NCBI RefSeq assembly: GCF_964355755.1
Contig: NC_092678.1
Span: forward strand, 20,973,365 to 21,037,364
DNA from: Antedon mediterranea
Lineage: Eukaryota > Animalia > Echinodermata
Direction of reading: 5' to 3'
DNA: 64,000 nt
The notes under the pieces are model-generated. The model did no database searches. It was not told where the DNA came from and saw nothing but the letters and a program-made list of their open reading frames with translations. Shown here one piece after another: positions 1 to 13,500 of the stretch. Each line of letters begins with the position of its first letter. The stretch's first letter is position 1. Both the position numbers and the translations under genes were made by a program.

Positions 1-276
1 GATTATCTCTGTTGCTATGCATTTTGGGGTATGGGTGTAATGGAAATAAATGATCAGTATTTAATTCCCTTTCCAATGATACCAGTCGCGATCATTTTTG
101 TTAAAGTTAGTCCGCCATCTTGAAAATCAAAATGGCGGCCACTTGCCATGGTCGAAAAAAATGGCACCAAAGTTTTTCTTGTTCAGCGAAAAATTCTGAG
201 TCAGAAAAACGTTGGTGCCGACAATTAACATCAAAAGCCTACAAGTGCCTTTTTTTCGACATAAGCTCCTGGACTA
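1..276. mobile_element. Probable terminal segment (TIR end) of an Academ-like DNA transposon, truncated by the window start
   Basis: Contains CCGCCATCTTG/AAAATGGCGGCC motifs like those in the 48073-51749 arms and ends in ...CCTGGACTA (CTA-3' terminus). The partner end is not in the window. Confidence 0.35.
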
Positions 277-583
277 ATTGGAAAGTTCAATCATCTTTAA
301 GCAGTTTTAAAGCTCCAATAACAAATTATTCGACTGTTGAATGTATTTGACGCACATTTACTTTTATAGCACCATGTTATACACTATTCTACCCTATGCA
401 ATTAACATCGGAATGTAAACACTAACCCTATGAAATTGACATCGGAAAGTTAAATTCAAAATCATTCGACTGGTAAATGTATTTTTTGCTTTCAACACTT
501 CCTTATAGCACCCTGTTATGCTAATAATCATAGTATTTGTAATTGTCTATAAATGGGTTATGGATTTCCAGTTTTTTTAAATA

Positions 584-619
584 TATAAATAGGCTAGGTA
601 GAACATTTGCATCGTCACT
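584..619 (+). promoter_or_regulatory. Candidate TATA box plus Inr-like element for the kinase-RhoGEF gene
   Basis: TATAAA at 584-589, TCACT at 615-619 (~30 bp spacing), ATG at 688 in AAAATGG context. Confidence 0.35.
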
Positions 620-687
620 CACCGTCCACCTATTGAAGACGATTGATTGAGTGATCGGTTTTCAAGTTACTTTAATACTAACTCAAA

Positions 688-1540
688 ATGGATGGGCCAA
701 ATCAGGATATTCTCATTCAACTCAATGAAATTGACTTTGGAGAGCACAGCATTGAGCTTGGAATAGGTTCAACTTCAGCTGTCTTTGAAGCCACACTAAC
801 AACGGATAACAAAGAAACTAAAGTAGCCGTGAAGATGTATCAGAAGATCGAGTATAAAGAGGTTAACATTCTTAAAGATCTTGGTCACAAAAATATTATA
901 AAATTCTACGGTCTACTTAACCATAGAATGAAATTTGGTATTGTCTTAGAATTAGCATCTGAAGGTAACTTGGGTCAGTTTTTAGCTAGATTTAGTCAGG
1001 AAAGTAAAGATGTTGGATTACCATCGCGATTACCGAAAAGGCAATTTGTTCAGTGGAGTATTGACCTCGCTTCTGCCGTTCAGTACTTGCATGAGAAGAA
1101 AATAATCCACAAAGACATCAAATCATCGAACTGTTTGTTAAGCGACGATCAGAAAAACGGGTTTAATGTACTTAAGTTATGTGATTTTGGGATTTCTAAA
1201 CAAGTAGAAACTACGATAATCGCAACTTCTGGAGGATGCACAAAACGCTGGTCTTCACCTGAAGTTATCGAATATCCAACGATGGTATCTAAAAAATCCG
1301 ATATGTTTTCATTGGGTGTTGTTAAGTGGGAATTATGGACCTGTGATCAACCATGGAAAGGCGTAGGAGAGTTTGAAATGTCAATGAATATAGTTAAAGG
1401 CATATTACTGGTGCTTCCTAAGGATTTTCCGGATGAATTGCGTCCCATGATGAAACAATGTTGGAAGAAAAAAAGAGAAGAACGTTGCGATATAGATGAA
1501 GTGCTGGATTACCTAGAAAACTTCAGAAATTCTATTAATG
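688..1540 (+). CDS. Exon 1: complete intronless TKL-group protein kinase domain (MAP3K20/ZAK-like)
   Basis: Motifs LGIGSTSAV, VAVK, KEVNIL, HKNIIKFYG, HKDIKSSN, LKLCDFG, WSSPE, DMFSLGVV-WE, CW...R. Donor G|GTAAAT at 1540/1541. Confidence 0.93.
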
Positions 1541-4500
1541 GTAAATGATTTATTATTTTCTATTCGAAATATATATTAAATAATAGTATTACAACATGCA
1601 ATGGTTTATTCTTCATACTCTATCATGATTTACTGTTGAGAAAATTATCATTATTCTGTTATCTGCTGTTTTGATTACATCATATGTCAATGTCAAGTTA
1701 TTTATTTCTGACATCATTCACAAACTCCCCATTATTTTCTAGAATCCATGTGTCTTTTCAAAGTTTTGCTGTGTTACTTCTTAATAATATTGTGTTGAAT
1801 ATGTTGTGGATAGCTTAGGTACAATTGCTTAAGTATATTATGCTTTGTTTTTAGTTTCAGAAAGTGAGTAATTAAAAAAAATCAAATGGCCCAGGGACGA
1901 ATCACCGAAACGTCCAGGGCATAATAATAAGAAAATATCAGCTTTAAAAAAGAAAAGGTCTGGCTGCAATATTCCTATATTAGATGTGTAGACACGGTGC
2001 TGTGTTAAATATGTGGATACGGTGCTGATGCATGGGGTGTATGCGTTGTATAAATTAAGAATGTGAACAATTAGTAGCCCCAAAATTTCAAACAAAATTT
2101 ATTAAGATTGAAACCAAATAGATACAAAGGGCTAGAGTATAACATAACAGCAAATTTAAAATGTGATTTTATATTTGGAAGTATTTTTTTAAGAATAATA
2201 GTTGATTACATGTTTGCTGTATACATTTAGATACTGATCAAATGCCTTTGTATGTATTGTATAGAATATACACAATAATAATCATAGAGGAAATAAAATA
2301 GTTAAATATTTATTTCCTTCATGATATAATTACCATCCCACACAGTTACCATTTTGTGTGGGTTGCTTTTTAAAACATCGATACTCTTTCAAAACCTTTC
2401 ATTTTATCTAATGAGGGTTAACGTGTAGACAATGGTGACGTTTTTAGTTTCTATTTCTTTGTGGAAAGACTCTCGACTGTTATTTTTGTCATTTACGTTT
2501 GCTACAATGTTTTGGGCTACTAAATTTGACATTTGGATGTAAAAAAAATCTAAACTAAAAAAGGAACAGAATTTATATTATATTTATAGATTATTCTATT
2601 TCATCAGATTTATTGCACATTTTCAAATTCATTGCAAATTAGTATACTATTTTTTTGATTGCACCGTTTAAAAGAATACAACAAGAAACGATGTACATAT
2701 AACCATATTATTAGGCCTATATTTGAAATTCATGCCTGTATCTGAGCTTTAAATACTGTAGCAGTAAAAAAATTGAAAAGCCTAATCGTATGTATTAACA
2801 TATATATTGAAATTTAATATTCTCAACTCAAACCATGGAGGTATCAAATAAATCCGTGAATGGAACACGTCATCGAAGTGACAAATGATTTCGGCGCACC
2901 CGCCTCATACCACACGGCAATTGAGTTGAAATATGTGAACAATTTTACAGCACTAACCTGATTTTACAATGCCTTTATTGTGTAGAATATACACCATTGA
3001 ATAATTCCTCACAATGTAACTATTGCATTAAAAAGGTTTTTACAAAAGTATCTTTATGACTGTAGCAGCAAATATTTTAGTAATGTAACCTAATCGTTTA
3101 TACTTAATAAAAGTTAAAGTGAAAATTATTTTTCTCAATTGTTAAAATAACAAGAGTATACAAGAATATGTACAATAATAATATTTTATACATAATAGTC
3201 GCAAAACTACGGTACAGCACTGAAGCGCGACTTAATACGGATCATAATCCATAGAAAGTAATACGAATTCTGCTCATGTTAGTCATATATTTAATTTTTC
3301 AATTTCATATTTTATCTTTTTTTTACATATTCTGATTTTGGCGACACAAAATATGATTTTAATTTCGAAACAAAGGATACCATTTTATTTTAAAGAAAAA
3401 AGAGGAGTGTTTTAAATTTGAAAAGTTTACTATTAAGTTTACGGAACAAGTTACTTATAATAAAGTGTATGTATTTCAATATTGCGTTCTAATTAGAAAC
3501 ACCTAAGCATCCACACCAAAGTTGCTCTCTATCCGACGATAAAGGGTCCAAAACAGAAAACGACGATGAAAACCAGCCGAGCAGTTACAACAAAGAAGTT
3601 ACATCGGAACCTATTGAAGTCGAGAATAGACCGGTAAATATGGACAGCCCACAGAAAGGGTACGAAGTATTGACCGTAAAAGAAGATTTAACATTAATTG
3701 ATCAACCGTCTTTTAGCAAAGGTAAATATGCTACCGGTACAGATCATGGATATGGTAAGATTATTGAAACAAATTATTACTACTGTCACTAATGTACGAA
3801 TTAAATCTATATATGTACCCAATTGTTTGTGATTACCATTACAGCTCGGGAAAGATTATAGAATGTTAAGGGTATTTTCATAAAATATTAAACATTTAGA
3901 GCATTGAAAATATTTTTTTACAGACGATTCTTCAATTCCCACTGGAAAATTACGTGAGGTATGTTTATTTATTTATTTTTTTATATAGTTTTCAGTACTT
4001 TTATTTATAGTATTCTTCAGTCTCCTACAGTATTCGAACGCTAATATTTTTTTTTATAAATGTCTGTAATTCAAATTCATAGTCGGATTAAAATTCCGCA
4101 AACAACTCGAATCCCAACAGTACTTCAATTAAACAACAATGTGTAAAAATTCAAAAAAACTTTTTTTTTCGAGTTGAAATGCTTATTTTATCTCATTGAT
4201 TTACTCACTCTATTTAACATAGGAAATATCCAAGCTGTATAAACATATTGAAGGAAGTTGCTTAAGTCTAAAACAGGTCATGGAAGAATTTTTCGATAAA
4301 AGACGATGTCATGAGTTTTTAAGTGTTGGAGAAAGAAGACATCTGATGATAAATATTGTTGAGGTAGAACAGTCAATATCGAGGTAATATCTAAAGTTTT
4401 ATGCGATTCTTAGATTAAATTGTTGTTCAATTGTCATTCTGGTGATTGTATGATCAAAATAATTGTACTCCAAATACATAAGAATTGCCTAGGATTAGAT

Positions 4501-7500
4501 ACATTAGGGAGAATGGAATTTTTGATTATTTTGAAGACAGGTATCGGTTTTTATATACAAGAAATAACGTAGCATAATAAAATCTGACAATCATCTCATA
4601 AATTAATATAAAATCATTGCAAAGTATAGGTTAAAGCTGGTAACACGTATATCAGGGTATACCATTAGGCATTTCAGTGGAACAAGTTCCTGGAATGTTC
4701 TTATACTGGTCTAATGGCTACGGGGGTACGGTAGAGGGTTTTTCACACTTGTTCCGGCACGGTTCCGGTCCGGCGAATAGAACTTGAATATTTCGTTTTC
4801 ACAACGCTCGTAAAAACATTTACGTTCGATTGGATTTGCCGGCGCCGGACCGTAACCGTGCCGGAACAGGTGTGAAAGACCCTTTATACCAGCTTTAATA
4901 AAAGAGTGGCTCAAGTCGTTTAAAGTCTGTTATTTTATTCGGCAGCTTATATGATTGGTTCAAGACATGTCAGTGGCGCATTCCTACCGTATGTGGATTA
5001 ATAACCAACATCTTTGATTATCTTCAACCGATTGCAAACTTTGCAGTGTATTCACATGTCCAGATGAACATGATTGAATCAATTAGGTGTGTTTTTATAA
5101 ATGCTTAATATACAAGATTGATATATTATTATTATTATTGAGTTTTGTATGTCGCTCCAGGTGTGTGCAAACTCTGGAGTTTTGCTAAGAGATGTGAAAG
5201 GAGAATTGGAGAAGCGGGTATTTTAGAGTTTGCATTAATACTATTTTATAACATTGTTCGGGAATATATACCGTATATTTCGGTGTATAAGTCGCACTTT
5301 TGACACGCAAATTTGACCTCTAAATTAAGGGTGCGTCTTATACACCGAACATAAATGCCTCACCACACAGATTGTACATAGGCCTAGGCTATCGTCACCT
5401 CGTTTGCTAGGCCTGAGTAGGCTAGGCCTAGCTACAGTAACTAACTAACGTAACGGCAACCTGCTTCTGCCTAGGCCTAGTTTTCAAGTCATTTTAGCAT
5501 GATGTTATACTAAATATGATGAAAAGATTTGTTCATTATGGCGCTCCGATAAAATTTCATTTGTAAACGTTTACGTCGTACGATTGGAATAGTATTTATT
5601 TATACAGTAGTTATACGCACGATCGCCGTACCCCAAGCGCAAGCCCTTCTTTTGGTGGCACATGGTGTACGGTATTCGACTAGTATATTCTCCAGGTGAT
5701 TATAGCATGGACCTAGCGTACACACTTCTCGGATACATAGATACTAATCGAATACGATTGTCCATGAAAACGTTCGCCCTCTCGAAATGATCGAGCGAGG
5801 CTAGCCCACACACGTGCGTGTTACACACACGGTCATGCACTCGATGTTGCGGCGAAACTCATGAATAACAAGTTAGAAAGAACTTGTTGAGGCTGGGCGC
5901 GGTCGAGCCTAGGTAAGAAAAAACCTAAATAAAGGACGCCGTTGTAGATATAACAAAATATATTATTACAATAATATTGATTACAATTTAAAAAAACATT
6001 GTTTTGATGAAATATAAGGTGCGTCTTATACATCGACGATATAAAAAATACCGATATTTTACTCTCAGTTGGGGGTGCGTCTTATACACAGGTGCGACTT
6101 ATACACCGAAATATACGGTAGGTACATATATTATCACATAAAGTCAAGAAGTTATTGCAATAATTCCTCCAAATTGATTTGCATGTGCATGTATGATGTA
6201 TTCAATGGGACCTTCAATACTGAATTACAGCAAAATTATTTTATTATAGGCGATGTACCGACAATGGAGGGAGCTTAGCAGACGATGAAGACGCAAATAC
6301 TCTGACGTTTACAGATGTTCAAACCATTCTTATGAAACAAGCTAATTGGCTGAAAAAATTCCAGTGTATAATACAAGTAATTATTCAATCGTTAACCATT
6401 ATTGTGTGCGGTTTTTAGATGTAGTTTGAAACCTTCCCAGTAATAAAACAGCAATCATTTTGAATCTACCTAATCATTTTTTAAAATATAGTTTAACAGA
6501 ATAAATTCCAGTTATATATCCAATTACTTCCAATTCACAACCCCTTTCGTAATGGTTTTCAGATGTACTTTAACAATTCATGTTATTTTTCATTACTCCC
6601 GCGAACTAAATTTGTCATGAAAGTCCATGTATGACTGTGTAAAAACAAATAGTGAAGTGGGGCAGCCTAGACTCCATTTTGGTATATTGGATCCAAGATG
6701 GAGGATAATATTGAAACTTTGTATAAACATGATTGTTTTGTCGTTTTAAAAATATTTATTTTTATTAAACGATATCATTATTTTTGGGAAAGGGTGAATA
6801 AACTTAATTAAAATTACACAATGGCCTATGCTAAATTTGATTTGATTTATCTTTATTGTTTATATATACTATACCTCTCTCTAAAGGTTCTGCAATATTG
6901 GTGAGTTTTTTATTAAATATTTTATCTATGGTTTTTGTATTGTGCATTTATATTTGAATTGTATATTTTATTTAAGGGCATTCAAAGCGCTCTGACAGCT
7001 AAGATGACTAAAGAAGAATCGGTCATTGACGAATTCAAACAGTGCTGTAACAAACTGAAGGAAATGGTTGATAATTGCAATGATCATGAAAATCGAATAA
7101 TTAACAAGATGGAAGATCACATTACATCTTTAGTACCTAAGCTCCAGTTTACAGCAGAAGAAGAGGAAGAAAAAAAAGCCCAGGTACAGTATTTTATTAA
7201 CCCCTTCTTTATTTAGATTTATTACAGGGCAACCCGCCTGGACAAAAAATGTGGCAGCATGGTTACAGTTTTTAAATCTAATATATGGATAGAAACATTT
7301 AATTGGTTTTTTTTTCTTAATTTAAAAAAAAAAAGATTTCTAACGAAAAAATCACCAAAAAAATAGTTAGAAGATATTTTTTATTTTTTTTTAAATTAAT
7401 TTACTTTATTTTTCAACTTTATCCACTGATATAATCTTTATTTTTTGTTTTTTTTTAATTTTTTATATATATTTATATAAATTATTAACTTGTAAAGGCA

Positions 7501-10500
7501 ATCCTGCTACAAGATTTTCATCTTCTTGGGATTCTGCCTTCGTCCATTACTTCTTTTTTTTAAAATGTCAGTCTGTCATTACTGTTTTTTGTATTGATGA
7601 ATTGGTGTCTTTTGAATTGAATTGAATGGGGGACAATGTAATTAACAAAAATATTAAATTTACAGAAATTGATGGTTTATGGAGAGTGTTGGGTTCAAAA
7701 GAAGGGGGACGTTACTGTTCTTGAGAGCACAAAGAGAGGAAAAAAGCGATTAATAGAAAAAAGGAAATGCACAATTATTGCCTTCGTCAACACATTCCTA
7801 ATTGTACAACCTAACATGTAAGGTTTTTGTTTATGTATATGTAGAGTCAGGAGGTTTTATTAGTTTTGATTGTAGTTTTCATCTAGTATTTGTTACTCGT
7901 GTATTTAAAATGCCAATTACTTAATTAGCTGTTTTCTTACAGAGATGTGTTCGAAGTAGACGATTGTATCCACAAGAAAGATATACAAGTTGAACGTGGA
8001 GGCTATGAAAACGTCGACAAGAATTTTGGAATGGAGGAAATCAAGAATGAAACGGGAGAGAGAGTTAAATTGACTAAATTGGATCCCTATTCAAGACATT
8101 CAGTCCAGAATTATATTCTTTATTTCGAAGACAGGTATCAAGTTTTATTTTACATATATTTAACATTATTATTACATAACTTAAAAGAAACATAAGATAA
8201 TACACAGTCGTCGTCCTCCAACCCGCAACTCGTTTAATAATTATTAATTTCTTTACACACGTAGAAAAGGATGCATTATAAGATAATTAATTCTAGGCTT
8301 ACCACCACACCAGGATCCCAGTTTTTTACGATTTTGAAGGTCATTTAAATGGTACCAGTTAATGTAATTTTGTTTTGTTTGACTGATCACCCTTATATTA
8401 TGGCCACGGAGAAATTCAAATTTTAATATATCAAAGGGGGTGGTGTATGCACATTCAATTTTTTTAGATCTGTCATATTATGATGAAATCAATATTTTTT
8501 TGATAATCTTATTATAGAAGCGAAATTTCGGAATGGTTAAAAGTACTGAAGTTTTCGGAAAGAGAGAGTTTAGCACAGGAAGTGGAGTATAGTAAGCTTT
8601 ACATTACATGTCAATTACATAGATTTTATTCAATTACCATAAATGATAAATGTTATTTAAAGTTTGTAAATGCGGCGTAGTGCAGACCGAGCTTCACGCA
8701 TTATGTGAATGCCCCTTAGACCTTCTGCCACATACGCCAAAATTGTAATAATTATATACATTGTGTGTATAGGCCTACTGTGAAAATTTGTTTTTGAAGT
8801 AGGCCTACTTAGAGTTAGTGTAAATAATATCTAAGTTTGTTATTATATTTCTATTGTCATTCTTGTACTGTACTATGTGTGCCATGTAATAAAGAATAAT
8901 AATATAGATAAACTATTATTGCCATTAGGGAAAAAACATAGGCCTATCATACAGTAGGTAATGCAAGTACAAAACAGCCGTTCAGTTACTGATAACGATG
9001 TGTGCGTCTCTTTTAATTAATTGGCATTTTTCATTTCATGGTAACATAATAGTTTCTATAATTTACAATGTATTCCTCTTAATTCCAGAAATGGCTGCAG
9101 TAGGCCTACCACATTGTGTTTTTTTTTTAAAGTTTGTATTGTTAAACACATCATTGATTATCATGCATGTGTAACTAAAGTATAAATGTCTAATTTTAAT
9201 TCTTAGTCACGCCTCTTGGAATAATGAATGAAGCAAAGGAACAACCTACATCTGAAGACCAAGTCAGTTCTGGAATGGGTAAAGTATTATAGTTCTTCCT
9301 CTAGTAACCTTTGTGTTTGTGTACATGCAGTTTTTATTCTTCATGCTTCAGTGTTTTATAGATCAGATAACAGTTCATTGTCCTGTCTTGTTTGTTTGTT
9401 CTATATTATATTTACAGTACATTAAAATGTTGCCGATTGTTGCCATTTAACTTAATTTTAGTTTTTTAATAGAAATATCTTGTTTTATGGTAGAAGACAT
9501 AAAACATAGAATATCAACAGCATAGCATTTTGGCCATTATTTCTCAAAAAGTCTCTGAATAAGTAATATAAACGTAAACAGTATAGATCTTAGAAAACGG
9601 GTTGCATGGCTTTAAATAACTTTATTTTCTATTTTTTTATCCCTAGAGCAAAATGATCATGAAGTAAAGGTCCGTTTGATTTTTTTTTTATTTACTATTT
9701 TAAAATATCAAATTGGTTACTATCCTCGTCTAATCGAATAGGATTATTAGAGAATAATGGATTATATCAACTATTTATATAATCCAACTATATTTTATCT
9801 TCCGTTCGATAGTAAACGCTAAAACACAAGATTATGACTATTCAATTGTATTCATTCATTTTTAAAGATATTATTCGATATTGCCGATCTGAACAAGAAG
9901 AATATTAAAAGTCTTTCAAAACTCAATGAATTATACATCAATGATGCAGCCTTTAATAAAATTCTTGAAGAAGGAGAGAAGCACCACCTCTATCGTAATG
10001 TTACTGAAGTCAAAGACATGGTTGAAAGGTATTTATTTTATAAGTGTGTATTATTAGAACTGTCTAGTTTCCTATATCACGGACTGCTTTTTTTTCATTT
10101 AAGACATTATTCTGTAATACATTACATGTATACAATTAATTCAATGCGGTAGTAGAGAGTAGTAGAATCAAACAAATATTATGCATAATCCGTATTAATT
10201 TTAAGAAATTGTGAAATTCAATACAAATTCTAAAACCTCTTTATTCTCTTCTAAGTTTTGACAGTGTTTTAGAATCTAATCGAAGAGACAGCGTTGTATA
10301 CTTTACTGAATTAAATAATCGGTTAAAAGAAGGTTCTTTTAGGCCGATTGTTAAATATCGCGCCAACATGTGTTTTCAACAGAATATGCTGGAGTTTCAA
10401 AGGTATAATGAAAAACGTTTTAGAATGCCATGATTATTTATGTTCCTCATGATATACAGTAGGCCTATCCTATTTGTCATCATTACCTACTATCGATCCC

Positions 10501-13500
10501 AATGTTTTTCAACTGTATTACCATTGCCAACATTTTCATTCAAATTCCTCGTAATCGCCATCAACTCACCAAATCATTATTCATAAAATTATCAAAAATT
10601 ACCGTTGTTATATTTAATCATTAGTCGATTAGAATGATTATGATTATCTCAATAAAGATATACATCAAGGGTAATCCACAAACAATTACTCATGGTATAT
10701 ACTGCGTAGTATTTAATGTTTATTTTGCTTTTAACAGAAAACACCGTACGACATTCATAGATGTGCTTGAGAAATGTGAACGTACGCAAAGTGGAATATC
10801 TTTGATGGACTTAGAGGCACGGCTTATGAAACCATTAGATTGGCTAACATGCCTTCATAAAAAATCTAAGGTACGGTAGAAAATTATATGAACAAATTAT
10901 TAAACATATGGAAATTATTACTATTATATATATATATAAGACGGTTTAACCGAGGATATCAAAAGGCAAACAGTTTATTTTATGTACAAACGAGCGAGGG
11001 AGTGGCCGAGCAGTTAAGACAGTGAAACCGTAATTACGTAGCCGCATAAAGAAATGTATTTATATTGATTCTGTACCGATCATGTCTGTCATGTTTAAAA
11101 GAAATGACATTCATTTTTACTTCGTATTCAGGCTTTGAACAGCAGTGCAACATGTACCATGTTTGAGCATGATCAGCTACAAACTGAAACTATTAAGAGG
11201 CTAGAACATTTTATCCAAGAAGATCAAGAGATGACGAAAAGTATAGAAAGAAAAAAAAGCTCACACATGACGTCAGTACTTCTCGATTTACAAATACCCT
11301 CACCACGCGATCATCAACTATTACAGGTAAGTCAAAGTAATTTATTTACGAAGAGTTTACGGTTAGGCCTAGTATGTTTACATAACTTGCGTTTTGTCGA
11401 GACTAACTCAAATGAACAAAATATCGTCACGTTACACACATATTTTTCATTGCATGATGGAAAAAAAGTAAGCTTATTACTCTACATAGCACTACTTTAT
11501 CATCGATACCTATACCGTATGAATATGCGCAAGAATAGGCCAACATTACGAGAAAATATGACTCCATTGCACCATAAGAGATATTATGAAACCGATAACT
11601 AAGAGATATTATGAAACCGATAACTATGAGATATTATTTTTTTTTTCAAAATTATAGAAATTATTAAATATAAAGGATGACTGGTTGAACAAGCATGGTT
11701 GTTTTACATTATATAGAAAGGGTGATGTGTTGAAGAAGGGTATGAGAAAAAAATATCCAACTATGAAAGAGAGTATCCATATCTACGCTTCAACCTCAGT
11801 AATTATAATGAATTCGTAAGTAACAACAACAATGTTTTTCATTAGGGTGTGTTATAAAGTTCAATCATTTGTGCATATCCGTGATCCATTTTGAATAAAT
11901 AAAAATAGGAAGAAGGTGTAGATAATATTATCTTTTGGTAAACGTTATTCTGTTTATTGTGGTATTGTATTATTATTATTATCATTTTGAAACAGAAAAC
12001 AGCTTTGCAAATGCTATGATCGAAATTATGCTGATATTGAAAGTGTGAACACTCGAAACCGTAAAGGTTGGATGCACGAAAAGGGGTTTTTGTTTAAGTT
12101 GTGGATATATGAGAGAGTAAGCCAGAACGACGATTACCAGCCAGTTGAACATCTTCTTCGATATACCTCTGAGAGCGACCAAATTGTGTAAGTTTACATT
12201 TGTTACTACTATTGTATGGTTCTTTTCTGCAATACAATACTACTACTAATTTACGTATTTTTGTAACTTTTGTAATTTTTTCTTTTAGGAAAGATTTCAT
12301 GAAATGGAAAGTAGCACTTGTCGTCTCTACAGGCGAATCTGGAAAATATGATGACTACAGTAAGTGTTCATATTTAAAAAAATGTTTTTATAACACACAT
12401 CCAACATCAATATACCTAAATGACTTGCAATTAACTTAAAAGATGATAAGCACAATTCAGTCCTGTACTATAGCATTTTTTAGTAGAGATGCCAGGGGAG
12501 TGTGTCCAGCTCTAACCATGGAGAATATATCGTGCGTATGTAGCGTATATATTTTTGTTGTTTGAACTATGCCGTTTGTGTGTGTGTTGGGGTAAACCTA
12601 AAGGTACCGGTACTTCGTGATATGTGATTCTGACGGAACAAATGCTCATTATACTAAAGACATAAAATAAATTAATAACTAAACATAACCTTGTAAATAA
12701 TCTCTTTCAAATACCCAATCAAAAATAACCCCAAGGCTTCCAAGTCTATGCCGCCATTCAGCCAAAGAACTGGCTTACAGAAAACCATTGACTTAACCAT
12801 GTCTTCTTAAAATGAGGAAAAGTAAGGTGAGGAAAAGTAAGGTAAGGAAAAAATCGCCCATTGCACACCATGTTGCAGAATTAGACCTATATTTTTTATA
12901 GGGCAAGATTATGTACTTATACCTGGTATTTAGCTCACATTGAATTTAATTCGCGCAGGCCTTTTAAATTGAAAAATTACTGATATTTGATTGTATTACG
13001 ATTTTTTTTTTTGCATTGCAATCGTGAATATGAAAACGTATGTGCATATAAACGAACGCCCATAAATAAATTAATGAATAAATTCCTCTTAGGTAACAAC
13101 AGTCTTTACCTTTGCTCTATAGCTCGACCAAGACATATTATATCAAAGCCGTTTACTACTGACAGAGACAACGAGCTTGAACTCGAAGTGAACGACTTTG
13201 TGGAACTTCTAGAACATCGAGAGGCCATCGGTCAAGGTAATTTTTTGAGCATGAATGTCTACTGAAAAGTACAGTGTAATATTTAAATAATAAATATATT
13301 AAATAATTAAATATTAAATAAAATATTTATAAATATATTCAAAATACAATTTTACATTGTTCTGTTTTCGGTTAGTCTGGGTAAAAGGAATTCGTTATGA
13401 ACGTGATGGAATGTCTGGGTGGTTTCCACGCGACCGTCTAGGACCAGAACGTTCCAGTGAATACAGCATTGGTCAGAAAATAAAGCTACGATTTAAAAAT

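Noticed and set aside
120-350. 76-aa ORF (and the similar 51590-51847 ORF)
   Set aside because: Both lie in transposon terminal-repeat sequence and have no domain features.
5161-5217. Candidate extra exon (CTCCAG|GTG...G|GTA) in the kinase-RhoGEF gene
   Set aside because: In the required phase it has a TAA stop, and module 2 has no counterpart; exons 4946-5086 and 6250-6376 join in frame without it.
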